The translations under genes were made by a program, and so were the position numbers. A stretch of 64,000 nt of DNA from the NCBI GenBank assembly GCA_009842325.1, contig VYFQ01000024.1:137419-201418 (forward strand). Reading direction: 5' to 3'. Shown one piece after another: positions 30,396 to 40,290 of the stretch (the stretch's first letter is position 1; every line of letters starts with the position of its first letter). The stretch comes from Acidimicrobiaceae bacterium. GTDB taxonomy: Bacteria; Actinomycetota; Acidimicrobiia; Acidimicrobiales; Aldehydirespiratoraceae. The notes below the pieces were generated by a model that saw only the letters and a program-made list of their open reading frames with translations, made no database searches and was not told the origin of the DNA.

Positions 30396-31466
30396 CTACG
30401 CCGCCGGGCGGGCGGCGGTTCCTCCGCCGACCACGATGTCACCCCGGTAGGCGACCACGCTCTGGCCCGGAGCCACTCTCCGGCGGAGCTCGGCCCAGCG
30501 AACGGCCATCCCGGCCCGGTCGATCGTGGCAGTCTCGGGCGCACCGTGGGCTGAGGTCTGCACCAGCACCGGGCCGTCCACGGGTCCGTGTGTCCAGTGC
30601 CAGTCCGAAAGCGGTGTGACCTCGTAGTCGAGTTCCGCCCGGCTTCCCACCGTCACGGTTGACGACTCGGCGTCCACGTCCAGCACGTAGCGGGGCGATC
30701 CGCCGCCAATCGCTCCCAGGCCCCGCCGCTGGCCAACAGTCACCAACTCCCATGCCTCGACCGTGCCGAGTTCGGAGCCGGAGCTGTCCACCAGCCGCCC
30801 GGGACTCATCGGGATGCGCTCGCCGAGGAACTTCCGGCGGCCCGCCGAGGCGGTGATGAAGCACACGTCCTGGCTGTCGGGCTTCGCCGCGGTAACCAAA
30901 CCCCGAACCTCCGCCTCCCGCCGGACTTTGTCCTTGGTCGTCTCCCCCACCGGTAGCAGCAGCCGGGCCAGCACAGACGCGTCGAGCATGTGCAGGACGT
31001 ACGACTGGTCCTTTGCCTTGTCGACGCCCCGGGCCAGCCGGGGCCTGCCGGTCCCGTTGACGATGCGGGCGTGGTGGCCGGTCGCCACCAGGTCGAAGCC
31101 GAGCGCGTCGGCCCGGCGCAGGAGCCGGCTGAACTTGATGTGCCGGTTGCACTCCACGCAGGGATTCGGTGTGAGGCCCGCGGCGTGGTCGGCCACGTAG
31201 GGGGCCACCACATGGCGCTCGAAGTCGTCCCCGAAGTTGAACACGTGGTGCTCGATGCCGAGTTGGTCGGCCACCCAGCGGGCGTCGTCGACGTCGGACA
31301 CGGAGCAGCAGCCGGTGTCACTGGGCCCGCCCCAGAGCTTCATGGTGACCCCGGCGATGTCGTAGCCGGCCTCAAGCAGCCGCGCCGCGGCTACCGATGA
31401 ATCCACCCCGCCCGACATGGCCACCAGGACCCTCGCCCCGCGGGCGCCGTCCGTCGACCCGGCCAT
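30396..31466 (-). CDS. mnmA: tRNA 2-thiouridine(34) synthase
   Basis: PP-loop VLVAMSGGVDSSVAA; CCSVSD...; NPCVECNRHIKF. Confidence 0.9.
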   Translation of the reverse strand: MAGSTDGARGARVLVAMSGGVDSSVAAARLLEAGYDIAGVTMKLWGGPSDTGCCSVSDVDDARWVADQLGIEHHVFNFGDDFERHVVAPYVADHAAGLTPNPCVECNRHIKFSRLLRRADALGFDLVATGHHARIVNGTGRPRLARGVDKAKDQSYVLHMLDASVLARLLLPVGETTKDKVRREAEVRGLVTAAKPDSQDVCFITASAGRRKFLGERIPMSPGRLVDSSGSELGTVEAWELVTVGQRRGLGAIGGGSPRYVLDVDAESSTVTVGSRAELDYEVTPLSDWHWTHGPVDGPVLVQTSAHGAPETATIDRAGMAVRWAELRRRVAPGQSVVAYRGDIVVGGGTAARPAA

Positions 31467-31467
31467 C

Positions 31468-32652
31468 TCAGCCTCCGCCGAAGCGGTCTAGGCGTCCGAC
31501 CGACTCCGCGATCACATCGACAGCCCGTTCCACGTCGGAATCCGCGGTTGTATGGCCGAGCGACAGCCGCAGCGATCCCAATGCCACCTCTCTTGGCACT
31601 CCCATCGCGGCCAGCACATGGGACGGGTCCTGGGCGCCGCTGGAGCACGAGGAGGCGGCCGAGGCCCGCACACCCTCGGCGTCGATCAGGAACAGCAGGG
31701 CCTCGCTCTGCACGCCGATGATGCACACGTTGGCGATGCCGGCCGCGATGTGGCTGCGGTCACCGTTGGTGCGGGCCGCCGAGACCTCAACCCGGTCGCC
31801 GAGCCGGTCGACTAGGCCGTCGATCAGTGCGTCGCGGAGGACGCGGAGCCGCTCAACGCTGCCTTCGCGCTGCTCGACGGTCTCAGTCAGCGCTGCCGCG
31901 AACGACACCGCTCCGGCCACATCGGGAGTGCCGGCCCGCCGGCCTCGCTCCTGGCCACCCCCGACGATCAGAGGGTCGAGTTCCACGCCGTCGCGCACCA
32001 CCAGCACGCCGGTGCCCACCGGCGAGCCCACCTTGTGGCCGGTGACCGAGATCATGTCGTAGCCTGCGGTCTCCGCGGCCACGTCGATCCAGTTGGGGGC
32101 CTGTACCGCGTCGGTGTGCAGCCACGCCCCCGGAGCCAGATCTCGCACGATGTCGGCCACTTCCCGCAGCGGCGCGATCGAACCAGTCTCGTTGTTGACC
32201 GCGATGGCGGACACCACCGCCACGTCGCCCTCGCGGCACCGAAGCACGTCGGCCAGGGCGTCGAGGTCGACGATGCCCCGCTCGTCCACGCCCACGAACA
32301 CGCCGCCAGAGCGCTCCACCGGGTCGTGGACCGCGTGGTGCTCGGCCTCGGTGGTCAACGCCACCGCCTCCGGGCCCCGGGCGCCGAGTGCGCCCCGAAC
32401 GGCCATGTTGTCGGCCTCGCTGCCGCCGGAGGTGAACACGATCTCGCCCGGGTCGGCGCCGAGAGCCGCGCCCACCTGCTCGCGGGCCCGGTCCAACGTC
32501 CGACGAGCTTCCCTGGCTGCCTGGTGGGATCCGGTCGGGTTGGCGTGGTGCCGCTCGGCCGCGGCCAGCCACGCGTCGCGAGCCGACGGCCTCAGCGGCG
32601 TGGATGCGGCGTGGTCGAGGTAGATCTCCTGCAGCTCGGACGGACCGGACAC
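31468..32652 (-). CDS. cysteine desulfurase (IscS/NifS family)
   Basis: IYLDHAASTP, PLP-Lys in SVTGHKVGSPVGTGVL, active-site loop SSCSSG. Immediately upstream of mnmA, as in other Actinomycetota. Confidence 0.9.
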   Translation of the reverse strand: MSGPSELQEIYLDHAASTPLRPSARDAWLAAAERHHANPTGSHQAAREARRTLDRAREQVGAALGADPGEIVFTSGGSEADNMAVRGALGARGPEAVALTTEAEHHAVHDPVERSGGVFVGVDERGIVDLDALADVLRCREGDVAVVSAIAVNNETGSIAPLREVADIVRDLAPGAWLHTDAVQAPNWIDVAAETAGYDMISVTGHKVGSPVGTGVLVVRDGVELDPLIVGGGQERGRRAGTPDVAGAVSFAAALTETVEQREGSVERLRVLRDALIDGLVDRLGDRVEVSAARTNGDRSHIAAGIANVCIIGVQSEALLFLIDAEGVRASAASSCSSGAQDPSHVLAAMGVPREVALGSLRLSLGHTTADSDVERAVDVIAESVGRLDRFGGG

Positions 32653-32693
32653 CCTGTCATCCTACGGACAGGGCCACCGCGGACCCGACAGGG

Positions 32694-32742
32694 AACTGGC
32701 AGCAGAATGTGCCCCACAGAGGGCAAAACGCTGCCAATTCGG
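32694..32742. repeat. ~50-nt palindromic intergenic element, copy 1
   Basis: TGGCAGC (32697..32703)-N26-GCTGCCA (32730..32736), with an inner GCCCC...GGGC stem. Shares GAATTGGCAGCG, GGGCAC and GCTGCCA blocks and the 26-nt spacer with copy 2. Confidence 0.6.
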
Positions 32743-32755
32743 CGGCGGTGGGCGG

Positions 32756-33658
32756 CTATTGGGCGGCGGCGATCAGCGATCCCGCGACCAGCAGTGCCGA
32801 GAACGTGCCGCCCAGGGACACCGTCGCCCAGACCGGAGCGTTGCGGCGCTCCAGGACGAGCATCAATGCCCCCAGGACGGCGCCCGCGATCAACCCGCCG
32901 AAATGCCCGCCGATCGATATGCGTGGGATCAGCAGCGTGAAGACGATGTTGAGCATCAACAGCGGCGCCAGCGGCGAGCGCCAGATGCTGCCGCCGACGG
33001 ACCGGTGCACCAGCACGGTGGCACCCATCAGGCCGAACACCGCCCCCGAAGCCCCCACCGTCGGCGAGTTCGGCGCCGACAGCAGCAGCGCGCCGAATGC
33101 TCCACCGAGCATCGACACGATGAACAGCGACAGGAACCGAGCCCGCCCGAAGCCGGCCTCGAGTATCTGCCCGAGGATCCAAAGGATGTACATGTTGAAG
33201 GCCAGATGGAAGATCCCGTCGTGCAGGAACGCCGACGTGACCAGCCGGTAGTACTCACCGGCATCGACGCCGATCCATTCGAGGCGGCCGCTTCTCAGCG
33301 TGACCGCACTCGCTAGGAGACTGCCATCTTCGAGCACGCCCCCGTCGATCCGGGTGATGCCCCGGGCCGATCCGCTGGCCACCACCGAGTACAGGAAGCC
33401 CAGCCCGTTCAACGCCAGCAGGATTTGGGTGACCCATGGGCGTGATGGGCTTCTCACCATCATCGGTCGAACGGTGACCGGCCGAGCGCCGCTCTGAACC
33501 GTGCACTCCGGGCAGTGAAAGCCGACTGACGCCTGGTGCATGCAGTCGGGGCAGATGGGGCGCTCGCAGCGCTGGCAGCTGACCCCGCCGCGGCGGTCGG
33601 GGTGCCGGTAGCAGCGGCGCTCAGGGGGCCGGGGCACCACCTCCGGCGTGTCGCTCAC
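32756..33658 (-). CDS. rhomboid family intramembrane serine protease with N-terminal zinc-ribbon
   Basis: CYRHPDRRGGVSCQRCERPICPDCM...CPEC; rhomboid motifs HLAFNMYILW and GASGAVFGLMG. Confidence 0.85.
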   Translation of the reverse strand: MSDTPEVVPRPPERRCYRHPDRRGGVSCQRCERPICPDCMHQASVGFHCPECTVQSGARPVTVRPMMVRSPSRPWVTQILLALNGLGFLYSVVASGSARGITRIDGGVLEDGSLLASAVTLRSGRLEWIGVDAGEYYRLVTSAFLHDGIFHLAFNMYILWILGQILEAGFGRARFLSLFIVSMLGGAFGALLLSAPNSPTVGASGAVFGLMGATVLVHRSVGGSIWRSPLAPLLMLNIVFTLLIPRISIGGHFGGLIAGAVLGALMLVLERRNAPVWATVSLGGTFSALLVAGSLIAAAQ

Positions 33659-33756
33659 GGCCCGGCACCGTAGCGGCGCAGACCGGCGGGACCACTAGCG
33701 TCGCACCGGTGAGCGAAGCAGTTGGCCGCCAAGGCCGGCCTGAATCGAACTCCGGG

Positions 33757-35526
33757 ATGATCGTCCCGATCGAGCAGCATTCGCTGCTGTCGGACCAGCG
33801 CACTGCGGCGGTCGTCACGCCCGACGCCCGGGTGGTTTGGATGTGCGAGCCCCGGATCGACTCGCCTCCCTTGCTGGCCGAACTGCTCGGCGGCCCCGAC
33901 GCCGGCTTCTTCTCGGTGCGCCCCCTCGAACCGGGCGGCGATCCCGTCCAGCGCTACGTCGGCCACTCGATGGTGCTGGAGACCTCGTGGGACGCCATGT
34001 CGGTCATCGACTACCTCGACTGCTCCGAGGGCCTGCCGACTAAGCCGGCCGGACGCAGCCGCCTGATCCGGGTGCTGACGGGCACGGACCAGGCGCTCGT
34101 GGAGTTCGCCCCCTTCCCGGGCGGGAGCAATCGGCTGGAATGCAGGACCGGCGGGATCGAGGTGCACAACGGTGATAGGCACCTGGTGCATCTGCGGTCC
34201 TCCCCGGGTCTGGAATGGCACATCGAATGCGACCGCCGAGGTGACATTGCCCGGGCCGAGGTGGATCTTTCGGCGGGGCCGGTCGTGCTGGAGCTGCTGT
34301 GCGGCACCGGTACCGGCGAGTACGCATCGGCGGAGCCACAGCGGCGCTCCGCCACGATCACACACTGGCGGACCTTCCTCGACCGGCTCGTCCTGCCTCC
34401 ACTTCAGACCGAGCTTGTGCGCCGCTCCGCGCTGGTTCTCAAGGCGCTGTGCCACGGGCCTACTGGCGCGATCATCGCCGCCCCCACCACGAGCCTGCCC
34501 CAGGAACTCGGCGGTTCCCGCAACTGGGACTACCGCTACTGCTGGATGCGCGACGCCTCGATGACGGCCGCCACGCTGGTGCGGCTCGGGTCGATCGACG
34601 AGGCCATGGACCTGCTCGACTGGCTGCTGCGGCTCCTCGGCAGCGGGGGCGCGTCACTCGACCGCCTGGCTCCCATCTACACAGTCGAGGGCACCGCTCT
34701 TCCCCCTGAGGAGTCCGACCCCAACCTGCCGGGCTACGCCGGCAGCCGTCCGGTGCGGATCGGCAACGCGGCCGAGCAGCAGGTCCAGACCGACGTGTTC
34801 GGGCCGATCATGGAGCTGATCGGGCGACTGGGCCGGGCCGGGGCCCCGCTCGACGAGCACCACTGGCGGCTGGTGGAACTGCTCGTGGACGCGGTGAGGC
34901 GCCGCTGGCAGGAGCCCGACCAGGGAATATGGGAGATCCGGGCCGCTCCCCGCCACCATGTGCACTCCAAGGCCATGTGCTGGATGGCAGTTGACCGGGG
35001 GGTCGCCCTCGCCGACACGGTGTTCGATCGCTCCGTTCCGGAGTGGGAGCAGTTGCGCGACACCATCGGGGCCGAAGTCCTCAGCGAGGGATGGAATCCC
35101 GAGGTGAGGGCCTTCACTGCCGCCTACGGCAGCACCGACCTGGACTCGGCGGTGCTGGCCATGGGCCTCTCAGGGCTGGTGCCGCCCGGCGACGCCCGAT
35201 GGATCTCCACCGTCGAGGCCATCGAAGCGCAACTGCGCCACGGCCCCACCGTGTACCGGTACCGGCGAGACGACGGGCTGCCCGGCGAGCCCAGCGGCTT
35301 CAACCTCATGACGTGTTGGCTGGTCGACGCCAAGATCCTGATCGGCGACCTCCACGGCGCGCGGGACCTCTTCAACGACTACATCGCGCTGGCCGGGCCG
35401 ACCGGGCTCCTGTCCGAGGAGCACGACCCTGCCACGGGCCAGGCCCGGGGCAACTTCCCGCAGGCCTACAGCCATCTCGGCCTGATCGAGAACGCTCTCA
35501 ACCTGGCCGAGCACTCCGCCCGCTGA
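33757..35526 (+). CDS. glycoside hydrolase family 15 protein (glucoamylase/trehalase-like)
   Basis: The ATG at 33757 gives MIVPIEQHSLLSDQRTAAVV..., a typical GH15 N-terminus. Also NWDYRYCWMRDAS and NFPQAYSHLGLI. Confidence 0.85.
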   Translation: MIVPIEQHSLLSDQRTAAVVTPDARVVWMCEPRIDSPPLLAELLGGPDAGFFSVRPLEPGGDPVQRYVGHSMVLETSWDAMSVIDYLDCSEGLPTKPAGRSRLIRVLTGTDQALVEFAPFPGGSNRLECRTGGIEVHNGDRHLVHLRSSPGLEWHIECDRRGDIARAEVDLSAGPVVLELLCGTGTGEYASAEPQRRSATITHWRTFLDRLVLPPLQTELVRRSALVLKALCHGPTGAIIAAPTTSLPQELGGSRNWDYRYCWMRDASMTAATLVRLGSIDEAMDLLDWLLRLLGSGGASLDRLAPIYTVEGTALPPEESDPNLPGYAGSRPVRIGNAAEQQVQTDVFGPIMELIGRLGRAGAPLDEHHWRLVELLVDAVRRRWQEPDQGIWEIRAAPRHHVHSKAMCWMAVDRGVALADTVFDRSVPEWEQLRDTIGAEVLSEGWNPEVRAFTAAYGSTDLDSAVLAMGLSGLVPPGDARWISTVEAIEAQLRHGPTVYRYRRDDGLPGEPSGFNLMTCWLVDAKILIGDLHGARDLFNDYIALAGPTGLLSEEHDPATGQARGNFPQAYSHLGLIENALNLAEHSAR

Positions 35527-35541
35527 ACGGATCAGGAGTTG

Positions 35542-35802
35542 TCAAAGCGAGACGGGCATCTCGCTCATGCCCAGGGCGTTGACCTCGACCACTTCGGTCA
35601 CACCCGGGACGCGGTCCCGCATGATCCGCTCGATGCCGGCCTTTAGGGTCTGGGTGGACGCCGGGCAGGTGACGCAGGCACCGTGGAGTTCGACGGTGAC
35701 GATCCCGGTGGACTCGTCCACGTCGACGAGATCGATGTCTCCCTCGTCGGCCTGGATGGCCGGCCGGATGATCTCGATGATCCGCTCCACTTCCGCCTGC
35801 AC
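35542..35802 (-). CDS. NifU-like (Nfu C-terminal type) Fe-S cluster scaffold domain protein
   Basis: IRPAIQADEGDIDLVDVDESTGIVTVELHGACVTCPASTQTLKAGIE (CxxC). The start is uncertain (GTG at 35802 or 35790). The track ATG at 35886 would overlap the small + strand ORF. Confidence 0.7.
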   Translation of the reverse strand: MQAEVERIIEIIRPAIQADEGDIDLVDVDESTGIVTVELHGACVTCPASTQTLKAGIERIMRDRVPGVTEVVEVNALGMSEMPVSL

Positions 35803-35862
35803 GGGCCCAGTCTCGCAGCGCCCGGCCCCAACTCCGACCCCGCCCCCTCGTAAGCTCGCGGG

Positions 35863-36009
35863 ATGGGCCTGACGGTGCTGGCACATCAGGGCGGATGGGA
35901 CGAGGCGCTTCTCGTGGCCGGGCCGCTGCTGCTGTTCGCGGGCATCGTCTGGAACGCCAAGCGGCGGGCGGTCAAGCAGTCCCAGACCAACCCAGGCCCC
36001 GATGAGTGA
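35863..36009 (+). CDS. candidate 48-aa small membrane protein
   Basis: Below the ORF-track cutoff. Own translation: MGLTVLAHQGGWDEALLVAGPLLLFAGIVWNAKRRAVKQSQTNPGPDE. One TM segment followed by a basic anchor. Confidence 0.3.
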   Translation: MGLTVLAHQGGWDEALLVAGPLLLFAGIVWNAKRRAVKQSQTNPGPDE

Positions 36010-36027
36010 CCTGCCGGTCTCGTCGGC

Positions 36028-37305
36028 CTATTGGGCCCGCACGTCGGCGCCGAGCGACGCTAGGTCGCCGGCCAGGTCTTCGTAACCGCGGGCCACGTGA
36101 TGGGCGTCGGTCACCACGGTGGGTCCGTCGGCGCCGAGCCCGGCGACGGCCAGTGCGGCCCCGGCCCGGATGTCGTGGGCTCGCACCGGTGCGCCCGAGA
36201 GCCGCTCCACGCCCCGCACCACTGCGTGGTGGGCGTCGGTGCGGATGTCGGCACCCATGCGGCGCAGCTCGTCGACGTAGCGGAACCGTCCCGGGAACAG
36301 GTTCTCGGTCACGATGCCCACGCCCGAGGCGGTGGCCATCATCACCACAAGGAAGGGCAGGTGGTCGGTGGCCACGCCCGGGTAGGGCAGCGTGGAGCAG
36401 TCCACCGAGTCGAGGCGGCGCGGCGCGATGGCCCGGATGCCGTCGGTGTCCGGCGCGATCAGCATCCCCATCTCGGTCAGCTTGTGGCAGAGCAATTCCA
36501 TGTGGTCGTAGCGGGCGCCGGCCACGAACACATCGCCCGACGCCACGCCCAGCGCGGCCAGGTAGGTGGCCGCCACAATCCGATCGGGAACGACCGAGTG
36601 GTCGGCGGCCCGAAGGAACTGGGCTGTCCCGGCCCCTTCGACGACGAGCGTGGACGAGCCGGCGCCCGAGATGCGGGCTCCCATACGGACCAGGAACTGG
36701 CAGAGGTCGGAAATCTCCGGCTCGCGGGCCGCGTTGTCGATCACGGTTGTGCCTTTGGCCGCCACCGCGGCCATCAGCAGGTTCTCGGTAGCTCCCACGC
36801 TGGGGAACTCGAGCACCACCCGGCCTCCGAGCAGCTCGGATGCGGAGGCCTCGATGTAGCCGTGCACGACGTCGACCTGCGCGCCCAGCTCCACGAGGCC
36901 GCTCACGTGCATGTCGATGGGCCGGGGACCGAAGTCGTCGCCCCCGGGCAGGGCCACCCTGGCCTCGCCGCAGCGGGCCAGCATGGGCCCGAGCACCACG
37001 ACCGAGGCCCGGAACCGCTCCACGATGTCGTAGGGGGCCACCGGGGTGATCTCCGCAGGCACGCCGATGCGGATCGCCGCGTCCTCGGTCGGATCCCACT
37101 CAACGGTGCAGCCCACGGCCCGCAGGAGCTCGGCCATGAGGTCCACATCGACGATGCGGGGCACGTTGGTGAGGCGGTAGGAGCCTTCGGCCAGCAGCGT
37201 GGCCGCCATGAGCTTGAGCACCGAGTTCTTGGCTCCGGCCACAGCCACCGTGCCCTCCAGCGGGGGGCCGGAGCGAACGACTATCCGCTCGATCGCCACC
37301 CTCAA
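36028..37305 (-). CDS. murA: UDP-N-acetylglucosamine 1-carboxyvinyltransferase, Asp-type active site
   Basis: GTVAVAGAKNSVLKLMAATLL...; active-site loop ALPGGDDFGPRPIDMH (E. coli LPGGCTIGARPVDLH). Confidence 0.95.
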   Translation of the reverse strand: MRVAIERIVVRSGPPLEGTVAVAGAKNSVLKLMAATLLAEGSYRLTNVPRIVDVDLMAELLRAVGCTVEWDPTEDAAIRIGVPAEITPVAPYDIVERFRASVVVLGPMLARCGEARVALPGGDDFGPRPIDMHVSGLVELGAQVDVVHGYIEASASELLGGRVVLEFPSVGATENLLMAAVAAKGTTVIDNAAREPEISDLCQFLVRMGARISGAGSSTLVVEGAGTAQFLRAADHSVVPDRIVAATYLAALGVASGDVFVAGARYDHMELLCHKLTEMGMLIAPDTDGIRAIAPRRLDSVDCSTLPYPGVATDHLPFLVVMMATASGVGIVTENLFPGRFRYVDELRRMGADIRTDAHHAVVRGVERLSGAPVRAHDIRAGAALAVAGLGADGPTVVTDAHHVARGYEDLAGDLASLGADVRAQ

Positions 37306-37327
37306 AGCCTATGACCGCGGAGGCTCG

Positions 37328-38938
37328 ATGACCGTCTTGCGGGTCGTGCGGCGCGGCGGCGCGGCTGAGATGGAGCGCCAACGGACCGCTCTGCGGGAGC
37401 CGCGGCGCGACTTCGTGGCCGAGCGGGCGGTGGGCGATGACCGCTACGAGGCCGCAGGCGGTCCTTTCCGGCACTACGAGCGCCGCTTGCAGTTGACCGA
37501 GCTGGACTCTGGCCACCCCGGCACCGCTGACGGTGAGCAAGACGGCGGACGGTACGAACTCGTCGAGACAACCACCTACCGGCTCGCGGTGCCGGTGTGG
37601 GCGTGGCTGTTCCATTTCCCGGTGAGGCACGCTCTGCGGCACCGCAGGGATGTCTACGGCTACTGGTGGGCACCCCCCGACCGGATCGACGCCCGTGCCT
37701 CGGCCGTGCTGGGCCTGCTGTGCACCGTCCAAGTACTGGACGGTTACCTGGGTACCGTCCTCTCCCAGACCCTCACCTTCGCGGCCGACGAGTTCGGCCA
37801 CGGCAACACCGCTCAGGGGATCGTGCTGGCCGTGGTTCGGGTCGGCGTGCTGGTCGCGCTGGCCAGCGTGGCCCTGGCCGACCGCCACGGCCGGAGACGC
37901 TTGCTGCTGGCGACCGGAGTTGCCAGCTGCATCGTTACCGCGGTTGGGGCGCTGTCACCGGGACTGTGGTTTCTGGGGGCCACGCAACTGGTGGCCCGGG
38001 GGCTGTCGACCGCCCTTGGGATCCTCATCGTGATCCTCGCCGCCGAGGAGATGCCGGCCCGGTCGAGGGCCTGGGCGATGTCGGTGCTGGTGCTGTGCGC
38101 TGGACTCGGCTCCGGGATGGCGGTGTGGGTGCTGCCGGTGGCCGACCTGCACATCTCGGCCTGGCGTGCGGTGTACGTCGTCCCGCTGGCCGGCGTGGCC
38201 GTCATGGCCTGGGTGGGGCAGCACCTGCCCGAGAGCCGCCGCTTCGAGATGGCCGGCCCCGGATTCCAGCCCCGCGATGACCGCTCGACCGGCATCGCCT
38301 CCGACACCGAAGCTGCCGAACGGCGCCGCAGGCGGCTGGCGCTGCTGGCGGCCTCGGCGTTCCTGATCGCCATGTTCGCCGCCCCCGCTTCGGGCCTGCG
38401 CAACGACTTCCTCAAGGACGAGCGGGAGTTCTCCGCCGCAGCCATCTCGCTGTTCACCGTCGTCACCAACACCCCCATCGGCATCGGCGTCCTCGCGGGC
38501 GGCTATCTGGCCGACCGACGGGGTCGCCGTCCCGTCGGCGCGGCCGGCCTGGTGGCGGGCGCGGTGTTCGTCGCCTGGGCCTATTTCACCGACGGCGCCG
38601 CGTTGTGGTCGCTGACCCTGGCCGGAGGGGTGCTGGGCGCGGTGGCTGTGCCCGCGCTGGCCGTCTACGGTCCGGAGCTGTTCGGCACCTACCGGCGGGG
38701 CCGGGCCAACGGCCTGATCGTCACCGTCGGCGTGGCCGGCAGCGCCCTGGGCCTCCTTGTGGCCGGGTGGCTGTCCGACTCGCTCGATGGGCGGCTGGGA
38801 CCTGCGCTGGCCCTGCTGGCCGTCGGTCCGCTGGCGGTGGCCGCCCTAGTCGTGTGGAAGTACCCGGAGACCGCCGGCCAGGAACTCGAGGACCTCAACC
38901 CCGAGGACCGGGACCCGAGCGATCCGCAGGCCGGCTAG
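37328..38938 (+). CDS. MFS transporter with ~130-aa N-terminal soluble extension
   Basis: ATG at 37328 inside ORF 37199..38938. About 12 TM segments start at [19 protein letters not shown]-like loop [11 protein letters not shown]. Confidence 0.75.
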   Translation: MTVLRVVRRGGAAEMERQRTALREPRRDFVAERAVGDDRYEAAGGPFRHYERRLQLTELDSGHPGTADGEQDGGRYELVETTTYRLAVPVWAWLFHFPVRHALRHRRDVYGYWWAPPDRIDARASAVLGLLCTVQVLDGYLGTVLSQTLTFAADEFGHGNTAQGIVLAVVRVGVLVALASVALADRHGRRRLLLATGVASCIVTAVGALSPGLWFLGATQLVARGLSTALGILIVILAAEEMPARSRAWAMSVLVLCAGLGSGMAVWVLPVADLHISAWRAVYVVPLAGVAVMAWVGQHLPESRRFEMAGPGFQPRDDRSTGIASDTEAAERRRRRLALLAASAFLIAMFAAPASGLRNDFLKDEREFSAAAISLFTVVTNTPIGIGVLAGGYLADRRGRRPVGAAGLVAGAVFVAWAYFTDGAALWSLTLAGGVLGAVAVPALAVYGPELFGTYRRGRANGLIVTVGVAGSALGLLVAGWLSDSLDGRLGPALALLAVGPLAVAALVVWKYPETAGQELEDLNPEDRDPSDPQAG

Positions 38939-40191
38939 TCCTCGGTGTCGAGCCCCGGGTAGGGCGGCTTGGCCGCGCAGAGCTCCTCGGCGTCGGCCCG
39001 AACCGCGGCCACCGCGGCGTCGTCCGACCGGTTGCGCAACGCCCTGGAGATCAGATCGGCGATGGTGGCCATGTCGTCGGTGTCCATGCCCTGGGTGGTG
39101 ACCGCGGGCGTGCCGATACGGACGCCGGAGGTGACGAACGGCGAGCGGGGGTCGTCGGGGACCGTGTTCTTGTTGAGGCTGATCCCGGCGGCGTCGAGGG
39201 TGGCCTGGGCCTCCTTGCCGGTCAGGTCGGGATCGAAGGTGCGCAGGTCCACCAGCATCAGATGGTTGTCGGTGCCGCCGGAGACGAGCCTGAAGCCGTG
39301 CCCGGCCAGCGCGGAGGCCAGCGCCCTGGAGTTCTCCACGATCCGGGCCGCGTAGTCGGCGAACTCGTCGGTGGCTGCCTCGGCGAACGCCACCGCCTTG
39401 GCCGCCACCGCGTGGTCGAGCGGCCCGCCCTGGATGCCGGGGAACATGGCCTTGTCGACCGCCGGCCCGTAATCCGAGCGGCAGATGATGGCGCCGCCCC
39501 GGGGCCCTCGCAGGGTCTTGTGGGTGGTGAAGGTCACCACATCCGCGTACTGGGTCGGGTTGGGGTGCACACCGCCCGCGATCAGCCCGGCGATGTGCGC
39601 TGCGTCGAACATGAGCAGCGCGCCGGCCTCGTCGGCGATCTCGCGCAGGGGCTCGGGGTGGATCAGGCGGGGGTAGGCGGTGGCGCCGGCCACGATCAGC
39701 TTGGGCCGCTCGGCCAGGGCAAGGTCGCGCAGCTGGTCCATGTCGATCCGCTCGTCGCTGGCGGTGACCCCGTAGGACACGAACCGGTACTGCAGGCCCG
39801 AGAAGTTGACCGGGGACCCGTGGGTGAGGTGCCCGCCATGGTCGAGGCTCATGCCCAGCACGGTGTCGCCCGCCTCGATGAGGGCGTGGTAGGCGCCCAT
39901 GTTGGCGATGGCCCCGGCGTGGGGCTGCACGTTGGCGTGGTCGGCGCCGAACAGCTCGCAGGCCCGGCGACGGGCCAGGTCCTCGACCTCGTCAGCCACC
40001 ATGTTGCCGCCGTAGTAGCGCCGACCCGGATAGCCCTCGCTGTACTTGTTGGTGAACACCGAGCCGGTGGTGGCCATCACCGCCGGGCTGGCGAAGTTCT
40101 CCGACGCGATGAGCTGGATAGTGGTGTTCTGACGGCGAACCTCTCGACGGATCAGGTCGAAGACAGCCTCGTCAGCGGTGGGCCAGGGCAT
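38935..40191 (-). CDS. glyA: serine hydroxymethyltransferase
   Basis: The ATG at 40191, after GGAGAATCGAGGAA, gives [36 protein letters not shown]-Lys in [14 protein letters not shown]. Confidence 0.95.
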   Translation of the reverse strand: MPWPTADEAVFDLIRREVRRQNTTIQLIASENFASPAVMATTGSVFTNKYSEGYPGRRYYGGNMVADEVEDLARRRACELFGADHANVQPHAGAIANMGAYHALIEAGDTVLGMSLDHGGHLTHGSPVNFSGLQYRFVSYGVTASDERIDMDQLRDLALAERPKLIVAGATAYPRLIHPEPLREIADEAGALLMFDAAHIAGLIAGGVHPNPTQYADVVTFTTHKTLRGPRGGAIICRSDYGPAVDKAMFPGIQGGPLDHAVAAKAVAFAEAATDEFADYAARIVENSRALASALAGHGFRLVSGGTDNHLMLVDLRTFDPDLTGKEAQATLDAAGISLNKNTVPDDPRSPFVTSGVRIGTPAVTTQGMDTDDMATIADLISRALRNRSDDAAVAAVRADAEELCAAKPPYPGLDTED

Positions 40192-40290
40192 TGGTTCCTC
40201 GATTCTCCTTCGGCGGGACGCAGCGGCCGGGATGCCTGGCCGCACGGTAGCGAGGCTCAGGCGACAAGCGGCGCCGCTCCGTGGTGAAGA

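Noticed and set aside
32697-32712. TGGCAGCAGAATGTGC within the palindromic element resembles a sigma-54 -24/-12 promoter (TGGCAC-N5-TTGC).
   Set aside because: The GG-to-GC spacing is off by one, the element is a symmetric palindrome, and Actinomycetota generally lack sigma-54.
40192-40290. Possible ZTP (pfl) or other folate-related riboswitch in the glyA 5' region.
   Set aside because: I could not find the conserved GACUGGCG or CCGCCUGGGC cores, or a pseudoknot arrangement. The region is only 99 nt.
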